Of a stretch of DNA of 64,000 nucleotides, positions 30,900-40,426 are shown one piece after another. Where the stretch lies: assembly GCA_963677945.1 (NCBI GenBank), contig OY782578.1, positions 2,011,258 to 2,075,257 of the forward strand, read 5' to 3'. Source of the DNA: an uncultured Bacteroides sp. Lineage in GTDB: Bacteria > Bacteroidota > Bacteroidia > Bacteroidales > Bacteroidaceae. The position numbers and the translations under genes are program-made. Position 1 is the stretch's first letter. Each line of letters begins with the position of its first letter. The notes under the pieces were generated by a model. The model did not search any database. It had not been told where the DNA came from and worked only from the letters and a program-made list of their open reading frames with translations.

Positions 30900-32351
30900 A
30901 TGAAAAAGTCTATGAAAAACATATTGTCTAAGTGGCATGAGGCTGTACGCTCTAATCCGGTAGAATTACTTATAGCACTTATCTGCTACGTAATCAATGT
31001 TTTGTTGTTCGAAAAAGTAATAAAGCTGGGAGAATCACTTTATTACTATTTTCCAATGCTGATGATTATAGCGTATACGCTGAATAAATTTGCAGACAAA
31101 AAACAGATACGGTGGATTTATTACGGTTGTTTACTATTAATTGTTCCATTGTTATGGCTCCATAAGCCGGAAAGCGAAGAGTTCTTTTTGTGTGTAACTA
31201 TTGGAGTTCTCACCGGAACCTATCTGGCTTCAGCGTGGCAGAAAGAAAATGCTTCTTTCATGGATAGCGTCTTGCAATTGTTACGCTCTTTGCTTTATGC
31301 ATTTGTATTATCCGGAATAACCTATGCATTGCTTTCGTCTGTCTATTTTTCCATTCAATATATATTTGAAATATGGAAGTCCGGAGATTCCCGATACTTT
31401 CATTATTCGGGGTATTTTGTAAGTATGGTTATCTTTCCATCCTTATTTATCTATTTTCATTACGATAAATCAGATAAGATAATAGCTAACAAGCTTACAG
31501 ATATATTACTCAATTATGTATTATCTCCGGTATTACTAATCTACACAGTCATACTTTATCTCTATTTTATCAAGATAGCATTTGTGTGGTCGCTTCCAAA
31601 GGGAGGTGTTGCCGCCATTGTTCTGGCATTTTCTATCGGGCTGTTTTTCCTGAAAGGATGTGTGTTGCTAGCAAATAAATGTCCCTATAAATGGTTTTAT
31701 AACAAAGCCAGCTTTATTGTGTTTCCTGCATATATCATGTTCTGGATAGCTACCATATACAGAATTAATCAATACGGATTTACTGAAGAACGTGTGTACT
31801 TGCTGATAGCCGGACTAGTGATATCCTTAACTGCAATATTGTTTCTTACAAAACGAACAGGTCGTTATCTGTATGTAATGTTGCTTGCCATTCTGCTGTT
31901 TGGAGTAGTAACTTATATACCTGGCATAAGAGCGTTAGATATAGAGCGGATCTCTCAAAGTAACAGACCTCAGATAGAAGTAGCACCACCTGCTACCTAT
32001 TTGGATGTACAATTATTGGAACCAGTTTCACTGCAAGGATATCGTTCTCTGAATAAAATTTACGACTATAAAACCTCGGACGGTATGTATTTCATTAACG
32101 AAGATAACTCACTAGATTTATATTCAGAAAAAGGCGCTATGCTTTACAGCTTTAATCGGGACTCATTATTAGCTGTACAAATGAAGAAGGCAGGTCTTAC
32201 TCAGTCAGACACTATACCGAAATCCCGTTATTCTGCTTTGCTGAAAATAGAACTCAAATCTGCTTTGCTTATTTTAGGAGAGCTTAGTCTACGTCACGAT
32301 TCAGTTTATAAAGTATCAAATATAACACCAGAGTTCTATCTTAAGAAATAA
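30900..32351 (+). CDS. Polytopic membrane protein, DUF4153-like
   Basis: About 10 hydrophobic helices; motifs YVLSPVLLIYTVILYLYFIKI..WSLPKGG and RINQYGFTEERVY. Confidence 0.7.
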   Translation: MKKSMKNILSKWHEAVRSNPVELLIALICYVINVLLFEKVIKLGESLYYYFPMLMIIAYTLNKFADKKQIRWIYYGCLLLIVPLLWLHKPESEEFFLCVTIGVLTGTYLASAWQKENASFMDSVLQLLRSLLYAFVLSGITYALLSSVYFSIQYIFEIWKSGDSRYFHYSGYFVSMVIFPSLFIYFHYDKSDKIIANKLTDILLNYVLSPVLLIYTVILYLYFIKIAFVWSLPKGGVAAIVLAFSIGLFFLKGCVLLANKCPYKWFYNKASFIVFPAYIMFWIATIYRINQYGFTEERVYLLIAGLVISLTAILFLTKRTGRYLYVMLLAILLFGVVTYIPGIRALDIERISQSNRPQIEVAPPATYLDVQLLEPVSLQGYRSLNKIYDYKTSDGMYFINEDNSLDLYSEKGAMLYSFNRDSLLAVQMKKAGLTQSDTIPKSRYSALLKIELKSALLILGELSLRHDSVYKVSNITPEFYLKK

Positions 32352-32359
32352 GCCTGTTT

Positions 32360-32410
32360 GAAACATATTAGCCCTATATCCGAAACATAATAGCCTTTTT
32401 TATACCTTGC
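32360..32410 (+). promoter_or_regulatory. 14-bp direct repeat at 22-bp period upstream of GH43
   Basis: gaaacatattagcc 32360 and gaaacataatagcc 32382, then a -7-like taccttgc at 32403. Confidence 0.5.
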
Positions 32411-32434
32411 GACCTTTCTTTTTCAGATAAATAA

Positions 32435-34060
<1,626 letters not shown>

Positions 34061-34075
34061 TTTGTTATAGATTTG

Positions 34076-34109
34076 ATGTGTACCCAAAAGTTTGATTTTG
34101 GGTACACAT
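34076..34109 (+). terminator. Terminator hairpin after GH43
   Basis: atgtgtacccaaaa / ttttgggtacacat 14-bp stem. Confidence 0.8.
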
Positions 34110-34194
34110 TTCTTCATTGCTTTTCTTTCTTATTTTGCTTAAAGACACATAAAAAGTCTGTATTTTCTTGTGATTTATGAAAGAATATCAGTCT

Positions 34195-34362
34195 TTATAT
34201 CTTATCTCTTTGAATTAAGAATCTGAAAAATAAAGGTAGTAATACAAATAATATCGCAAATAAGTCATCGTATTTCTTTACGACTCCTATACTGAACATC
34301 ATTTTTATAAAGATGCAGTAAGCAATTACAATACAAATTCTTATAACCGTTTTCTTTTTCAT
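34195..34362 (-). CDS. Small 55-aa two-helix membrane protein (below the ORF-track cutoff)
   Basis: Manual translation MKKKTVIRICIVIAYCIFIKMMFSIGVVKKYDDLFAILFVLLPLFFRFLIQRDKI; MKK start typical of this genome. Confidence 0.5.
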   Translation of the reverse strand: MKKKTVIRICIVIAYCIFIKMMFSIGVVKKYDDLFAILFVLLPLFFRFLIQRDKI

Positions 34363-34940
34363 TTTTTATAAATCTTGTTAAGGCAAAAATATGTAATATT
34401 TTCTAAAGTGTAAAGGATAAATGGTAGATATTCAATCTTTTTATATCTTGATGCAAATATTTATTCTGTTTCGAAAATCCGAAAAAAATAATAAAAAGAT
34501 TTTCATCTTTCACTAGTTATAAATCTTGCTTCATTAATTACTCCCTATAATAATTAGGTTTATAGCTATTTCTTCTTTCAAATATTAGTCGTGGGTAGGA
34601 ATTGAGTCCGTTTTGCTATACAAGTTTGTGTAGTAAAAACGTATATATTGGTATTGCATTGTATATTAAAGGGATACTAGGGCGTTTTTATGTTATTATC
34701 TATGAAATCTTTTTATTGATTGATCTTGAATTAATTAGCATCCTTTATTACGCTGCTCTATTAGTATGATTTTATGTGATTGGATGTAATGTTGAAATTG
34801 TATATAATAAATAAATTATTACCTTGTTGTTTCTTGTTTTTGAAATGAAATAATTACTTTTGTTTAGAAACTAACGAGAAGATTAGAGAAATGATTTTTA
34901 GATGCTGATGATAAATTAATTATTAAATCGAAAAGAAACT

Positions 34941-35192
34941 ATGGAAGATAAAAACTCAAAGAAGGATATTCCAATATGTAAAAAATGCAAAAAGCCAATG
35001 AAATACAATTCTTTATCAGAAGATTTCGAGTGCTCTAACCCAATGTGCGATATAGAAGGTTTATCAATTTCTTCCCTTTCTAATTTGAATCAAGAGGGAG
35101 TTGTTTTTGGTGATTATATTTCTTTAAATAAGATTGATGGAGTCGAAGATATGCTAAATAAAGGATTTAAATTCATAAAAAAAGGTGAGTAA
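34941..35192 (+). CDS. Small Cys4 zinc-ribbon-like hypothetical protein
   Basis: C13-x2-C16-x14-C31-x4-C36; TActTTTG at 34855-34862; 8-bp overlap with the next ORF. Confidence 0.55.
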   Translation: MEDKNSKKDIPICKKCKKPMKYNSLSEDFECSNPMCDIEGLSISSLSNLNQEGVVFGDYISLNKIDGVEDMLNKGFKFIKKGE

Positions 35193-35601
35193 TAAAGATA
35201 TTATTGAAAAACAGTCTGTTGCGTGCTCAAATGTATGCAGACAAATAGTATTTGCTTTAGGTGCTATATCTTGGGGAACTATTTACAGCAGCAAAGACAA
35301 TAAAGCAACTTTTATCATATTGCCTTCTATATCTATGATCTTTATCATTATTTACTTCTGTTTGGATATATCTCAATACTCCTATTCAGCAATAAAGGCT
35401 AGAAAAATTGAAAAAGACTATAGAGTACGTTATAAATACGAGAATGATGGTAATAAATTATGTAAAATTGAACAGAACTATTTTCTTGCTAATGGAAAAG
35501 TAGAGAAAATTGTTTTTAGTTTATTTATAGCTAAAATTGTGATATTGACTATTATTATTATTTCTCTTATAACATATTTTGTTTCTGAAATGAAATTCTA
35601 G
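35185..35601 (+). CDS. Hypothetical 3-TM membrane protein
   Basis: Three hydrophobic segments (RQIVFALGAISW; ATFIILPSISMIFIIIYFCLD; IVFSLFIAKIVILTIIIISLITYFV); GTG start overlaps the upstream stop. Confidence 0.7.
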   Translation: MSNKDIIEKQSVACSNVCRQIVFALGAISWGTIYSSKDNKATFIILPSISMIFIIIYFCLDISQYSYSAIKARKIEKDYRVRYKYENDGNKLCKIEQNYFLANGKVEKIVFSLFIAKIVILTIIIISLITYFVSEMKF

Positions 35602-35738
35602 AGAAGATATTTAGTTCTTATTCAATTACTTGAAAATAAAGAAAATAAAAAAATGAAAGTCAGAAATAAAAAATTAAATTTATTTATGATGAATAGGAAA
35701 AGGATGAAGATGAATTATTTATAGAATCTATAGCTACT

Positions 35739-36086
35739 ATGAAAAAGAAATCTATAATATTTCTAGCCTTCATTCTTACTACTGTAAGCATAATAGCTCA
35801 GACTGTCTATGTAACAAGGACAGGTTCAAAGTACCACTCAGAAGGATGTAGGTATTTAAGCAGAAGCCAGATAGCAATCTCTTTATCTGATGCACTCTCC
35901 CAAGGATATAACGCATGTAGTGTCTGTGATCCTCCTACCTCAGTTGTGAGGAAGCATGCAAAACATCATACTAAACATCATGTATCAAGGAAGAATACTG
36001 TTCAGTGCTCAGCGTTTACCAAGTATGGGAAAAGATGCCGACGCATGACTACAAATGCCAATGGTCGGTGTTGGCAACATCAATAA
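35739..36086 (+). CDS. Exported small protein with two putative Zn-binding modules (Ada-metal-binding-like and DUF5763-like)
   Basis: Signal peptide; TVYVTRTGSKYH..GCRYL...GYNACSVC (H33,C37,C60,C63); QCSAFTKYGKRC...GRCWQH (C90,C100,C111,H114). Confidence 0.75.
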   Translation: MKKKSIIFLAFILTTVSIIAQTVYVTRTGSKYHSEGCRYLSRSQIAISLSDALSQGYNACSVCDPPTSVVRKHAKHHTKHHVSRKNTVQCSAFTKYGKRCRRMTTNANGRCWQHQ

Positions 36087-36120
36087 ATAAATTAATTAAG
36101 CACAAAACACACGTTAAAAT

Positions 36121-39069
36121 ATGGGAGAAGAATTTAAACCTGAGGTAGAAATTGAGAGATTAACAAAATTAATTGAAGAAAAACCTGAAAATGTCGAGGC
36201 ATATAATAGTAGAGGTGATGTTTTTTATACACTAGAAAAATATGATAAAGCAATTCAAGATTATGATAAAGCTATAGAATTAGATGTTAATTGTATTTAT
36301 GCTTATAATAGTAGAGGTAATTCCTTTTATGCACTAGAAGAATATAATAAAGCAATACAAGATTATGATAAAGCTATAGAATTAGATGCAAATTATATTT
36401 ATGCTTATGGTGGCAGAGGTGATGCCTTTTATGCACTAAAAGAATATGATAAAGCAATACAAGCTTATAATAAAGCTATAGAATTAGATGCTAATTATAT
36501 TTATGCTTATAATAGTAGAGGTAATTCCTTTTATGCACAAGAAGAATATAATAAAGCAATACAAGATTATGATAAAGTTATAGAATTAGATGCTAATTAT
36601 ATTTATGCTTATAATAGTAGAGGTAATGCCTTTTATGCACAAAAAGAATATGATAAAGCAATTCAAGATTATGATAAAGCCATTGAGTTAGATGCTAATT
36701 ATATTTTTGCTTATAATAGTAGAGGTAATGCCTTTTATACATTAAAAGAATATGATAAAGCAATTCAAGATTATGATAAAACTATAGAATTAGATCCAAG
36801 TTGGGCTCTAGCTTATGATAGCAGAGGTAATGTCTTTTATGCACAAGAAAAATATGATAAAGCAATTCAAGATTATGATAAAGCAATAGAATTAGATGCT
36901 AATTATATTTATGCTTATAATGCTAGAGGTAATGCCTTTTATGCACAAGAAAAATATGATAAAGCAATTCAAAATTATGGTAAAACTATAGAATTAGATG
37001 CTAATAATATCGATGCTTATATTCTTAGAGGTAATATCTTTTATGCACAAGAAGAATATGATAAAGCAATTCAAGATTATGATAAAGCAATAGAATTAGA
37101 TGCTAATTATATTTTTGCTTATAATAGTAGAGGTAATGCCTTTTATGCACAAAAAGAATATGATAAAGCAATTCAAGATTATGATAAAGCCATTGAGTTA
37201 GATGCTAATTATATTTTTGCTTATAATAGTAGAGGTAATGCCTTTTATACATTAAAAGAATATGATAAAGCAATTCAAGATTATGATAAAACTATTGAAT
37301 TGAATCCTAGTTGGGCTCTAGCTTATGATAGTAGAGGTGGTGTCTTTTATGCATTAAAAAAATATGATAAAGCAATACGAGATTATGATAAAGCCATTGA
37401 ATTAGATGCTAATTATATCTATGCATATAATGCTAGAGGTAATGCTTTCTATGCTCAAGAAGAATATGATAAAGCAATACAAGATTATAATAAAACTATA
37501 GAATTAGATGCTAATTATATTTTTGCTTATAATAACAGAGGTAATGCTTTCTATGCTCAAGAAGAATATAATAAAGCAATACAAGATTATAATAAAACTA
37601 TAGAATTAGATGCTAATTATATTTTTGCTTATAATAATAGAGGTAATGCCTTCTATGCACTAAAAAAATATGATAAAGCAATACAAGATTATAATAAAAC
37701 TATAGAGCTAGATTCTAGTTGGGATCTAGCTTATTATAATAGAGGTAATGTCTTTTATGCACAAGAAGAATATGATAAAGCAATTCAGGATTACAATAAA
37801 GCTATTGAGTTAAATCCTAATTACAAATATGCATATATTAATAAAGGTTATGCATCTTTTAACCTAAAAGATTGGGTAAATGCAGCTCAATCTTTTAATG
37901 CAGCAAAGAGTAGTATACTAGACATTTTGTCATGGTTTGGTGAAAACGAACAAATAGAAGAAGTCATTAGATTCATGATAGAGTATGACGACTTTTTTAA
38001 TAAAACAATTAGCTCTGAGGATATTTCTATAGATCATAAAGAACTATTAAAAAAAATATATATTAACGCGTTGCAAATAATAGCATCGTTACATGTTAAA
38101 AATGAATCTACAGCTGCTCACTATACCAAGAGAGCAACAGCAGCTACGCTGCTATTTTTTGAAGATTCTAAATATAGACTTAATTCTATAATGACAGCTA
38201 ATGATCCACAAGAAGGTGAAACACTTCTTAAATATTTTAAGCTAAAAGAATCAAAAAAAAGTAAAGGCGAAGATTCTAATAATAAAGAGCCAAAACATGA
38301 TTATCAAGCCTTTATTGGTTGTTTTACATTTAATCATGAGAGCTTAAATCAATTCAGACTTTATGGTAAAGCATCAGATAAAGAGGCAACAGGTATTAGT
38401 CTCGTTTTAAATAAAAATTTCTTTAACGAAAAGATGGATATTGGTTTATTGTCAAATTGCTTTTCAAAAGATGACAAAAAAGAATATGCAAACGTTAATA
38501 ATGATTTATCGAAAAAATATGCTTTGTATCGATGTATTTACGTTGATCCAGAAACATACAAAATAATCTCAATAGGGCACAAAGAAGAATATTCATTCTA
38601 TAGAGAATTTAAAGAAAAAAAGAGAATTGATGAAGAAAAAAATAAGGAAGTTATAGACAAATACAATGAGAGTCTTGATGAGATAAAAAATAAAGTGAAT
38701 AAATGTTTTTATAAATTATCCCAATGTATTGAAGATGCTATAAGTAAAGAGCTTGATCAAGATATTATCTGTGAATTGCTCCTTCCATTACGCTATTTAG
38801 TTAAACACGTTGCATTTAAAGAAGAACAAGAATGTAGGATCTTTGATATAAAGGATTTGCAAGAAGATAAACTTAAAGAGAAAGAAAAAAGAGAAATTAA
38901 ATTCACACCTGATTACGCACAAATGTTTATAGAATATCAGCCTATTATGGAATATGTTGAAAAAGTTATTTTTGCGCCAAAAACAGAGGGTGTAGATCTC
39001 TTTAAGAAAGCTGCGGAACAAAAAGGATTAAATGTAAAATGCGACGTTAGTAATCATCCATTTTCTTAG
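36121..39069 (+). CDS. TPR-repeat protein with C-terminal DUF2971-like (ADP-ribosyltransferase-like) domain
   Basis: 16 near-identical 34-aa TPRs plus one degenerate; C-terminal HYT..., NDPQEG, FIGCF, QFRLYG, LVKHVAFKEEQECRI. Confidence 0.85.
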   Translation: MGEEFKPEVEIERLTKLIEEKPENVEAYNSRGDVFYTLEKYDKAIQDYDKAIELDVNCIYAYNSRGNSFYALEEYNKAIQDYDKAIELDANYIYAYGGRGDAFYALKEYDKAIQAYNKAIELDANYIYAYNSRGNSFYAQEEYNKAIQDYDKVIELDANYIYAYNSRGNAFYAQKEYDKAIQDYDKAIELDANYIFAYNSRGNAFYTLKEYDKAIQDYDKTIELDPSWALAYDSRGNVFYAQEKYDKAIQDYDKAIELDANYIYAYNARGNAFYAQEKYDKAIQNYGKTIELDANNIDAYILRGNIFYAQEEYDKAIQDYDKAIELDANYIFAYNSRGNAFYAQKEYDKAIQDYDKAIELDANYIFAYNSRGNAFYTLKEYDKAIQDYDKTIELNPSWALAYDSRGGVFYALKKYDKAIRDYDKAIELDANYIYAYNARGNAFYAQEEYDKAIQDYNKTIELDANYIFAYNNRGNAFYAQEEYNKAIQDYNKTIELDANYIFAYNNRGNAFYALKKYDKAIQDYNKTIELDSSWDLAYYNRGNVFYAQEEYDKAIQDYNKAIELNPNYKYAYINKGYASFNLKDWVNAAQSFNAAKSSILDILSWFGENEQIEEVIRFMIEYDDFFNKTISSEDISIDHKELLKKIYINALQIIASLHVKNESTAAHYTKRATAATLLFFEDSKYRLNSIMTANDPQEGETLLKYFKLKESKKSKGEDSNNKEPKHDYQAFIGCFTFNHESLNQFRLYGKASDKEATGISLVLNKNFFNEKMDIGLLSNCFSKDDKKEYANVNNDLSKKYALYRCIYVDPETYKIISIGHKEEYSFYREFKEKKRIDEEKNKEVIDKYNESLDEIKNKVNKCFYKLSQCIEDAISKELDQDIICELLLPLRYLVKHVAFKEEQECRIFDIKDLQEDKLKEKEKREIKFTPDYAQMFIEYQPIMEYVEKVIFAPKTEGVDLFKKAAEQKGLNVKCDVSNHPFS
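36193..37824 (+). repeat. 16 x 102-bp in-frame tandem repeat (TPR coding)
   Basis: Consensus IYAYNSRGNAFYAQEEYDKAIQDYDKAIELDANY; exact 180-bp duplication 36606-36785 = 37116-37295. Confidence 0.97.
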
Positions 39070-39210
39070 ATTGAAACTTAAATTTTGATCTAATGAAATA
39101 ACTTGTTGCTCAAAATAATCTTATTAATATGTTTTTCTATTAACTGGTTCATATAATATCAATAACTAAAATTTAAAATGAAAATGCGAAAAATTAACCT
39201 TATATCTTTA

Positions 39211-39549
39211 ATGAAAAGGATCTTTATTATTCTATTTGTTTGTTGTTTAAATGCTGGTTGTGAAAAGGATGTATTATCATTACAAGGAAATCTGAAGATG
39301 ACTTTCTATAATCATCCCGCAGATCTGACGGTAACAATCTATTCTTTAGAGGATAAAGACACACCTATTTATGAAGTAACTCCTGAATGGGACGGCACTT
39401 TAGATATGCCTCTTAATGTCGGTAATTATTTAATAAAGCCTTACTCTACGCAACATTATTACCAAGAAATTGGGTTGCAAATTATGCAAGATAAAGCAAC
39501 TACAATAAAGTATAATGAATATAATAGAGTAGTGGAGAAAATAAATTAG
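39211..39549 (+). CDS. Small lipoprotein of unknown function
   Basis: MKRIFIILFVCCLNAGC lipobox, acidic EKD after the Cys, beta-rich body; the ORF track starts at 39178. Confidence 0.7.
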   Translation: MKRIFIILFVCCLNAGCEKDVLSLQGNLKMTFYNHPADLTVTIYSLEDKDTPIYEVTPEWDGTLDMPLNVGNYLIKPYSTQHYYQEIGLQIMQDKATTIKYNEYNRVVEKIN

Positions 39550-39556
39550 TTCTATT

Positions 39557-39593
39557 TTCAGGTGGCACCTTAGAAAAGAGTTTGCCACCTGAA
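39557..39593. terminator. Hairpin between the convergent lipoprotein and HU genes
   Basis: ttcaggtggca / tgccacctgaa. Confidence 0.65.
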
Positions 39594-39690
39594 TTATGTT
39601 ATTGAAATTTACTCGACACTGGTGAGAGAATTACAATGCTTTAATTTGATCAATAGAATTTTCGAATAACTGAGTTAAGATGAAAAGAAG

Positions 39691-40086
39691 TCACCTCTCA
39701 CTCTTCTCAAACCCAGCAGCACTAATCCGCTTCTTCATCTTGGAAGAAGCCCGGAAATTAACACTCTTCACCTCAATACTCTCGGCGCGATGAGTTTTTT
39801 CGGGATTAAAGTCTTCACGGAATTGTGCAGAGAGTTGGAAAGCACCATAGTCATTTAAGGCAACTGTGTAACCGTTTTTTAAAGCTTTCTCTATTGCACT
39901 AAATGTTTTTGTTATTGCTAGCTCCATTTCTGTACGTAGTAATGGGTCGTTTCCTGCAATGTATTCGGCTAATGCTTTTGTGTTTAGCTTTTCTCTGCTT
40001 TTTATTATTGGGTGAACACCGCCTTTTTTCTTTGTGTCTTTACTTAAATTATCGTTTATCTCTTTGAATTTATATGGTATGCCCAT
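39691..40086 (-). CDS. Bacteroidetes HU-like (HU-HIG type) DNA-binding protein
   Basis: KLNTKALAEYIA, KALKNGYTVALNDYGAFQLS, VKSVNFRASSKMK match the extended HU/IHF-like family common in Bacteroides. Confidence 0.8.
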   Translation of the reverse strand: MGIPYKFKEINDNLSKDTKKKGGVHPIIKSREKLNTKALAEYIAGNDPLLRTEMELAITKTFSAIEKALKNGYTVALNDYGAFQLSAQFREDFNPEKTHRAESIEVKSVNFRASSKMKKRISAAGFEKSER

Positions 40087-40120
40087 GGTAATTAATGTTT
40101 TATTGGTTTATGGTTTCTAC

Positions 40121-40183
40121 AAACATGTACAAGATTGAATTCGAACATGTACATGTTCGAATGTCGATCGTGTACATGATCGA
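40121..40183. repeat. Array of TGTACA-centred palindromes upstream of the HU-like gene
   Basis: Perfect 24-bp palindrome attcgaacatgtacatgttcgaat 40139-40162; near-perfect tcgatcgtgtacatgatcga 40164-40183; tgtac cores at 40126, 40148, 40171. Confidence 0.85.
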
Positions 40184-40283
40184 TATGATGTCTCGTTTTG
40201 TTTTTGCTAATTCGTTTAGTCATATTTGCTAATATGCCTATATGTTTGAATTATAGTATATTAGCTAATATGAATATATCTCT

Positions 40284-40422
40284 GGGTGTCAGAGGTGTCA
40301 GAGAAAAAGTCCTTTTTCTCTTTCTGAAAATAAAATTTTGAAAATTCCGCAATTTGCAGATTTTTCGTTTTTTTATTTTTGAAACGCTGAAAAACCTTTT
40401 TTTACTGACACCTCTGACACCC
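40284..40422. repeat. 139-bp fold-back element with perfect 18-bp terminal inverted repeats, each holding 2 x GGTGTCAG
   Basis: gggtgtcagaggtgtcag 40284-40301 and ctgacacctctgacaccc 40405-40422; AT-rich interior with degenerate symmetry; ends 4 bp from the VirE stop codon. Confidence 0.92.
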
Positions 40423-40426
40423 CTTG

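Noticed and set aside
34400-34850. Long AT-rich gap as a possible ncRNA or pseudogene
   Set aside because: I found no stable hairpin, promoter-terminator pair or recognisable gene remnant.
36193-37824. 102-bp tandem repeats as a CRISPR array or a diversity-generating retroelement target
   Set aside because: Units are contiguous, in-frame TPR coding sequence with no spacers. There are no cas genes, no reverse transcriptase and no non-coding template copy in the window, and the differences are not adenine-specific.
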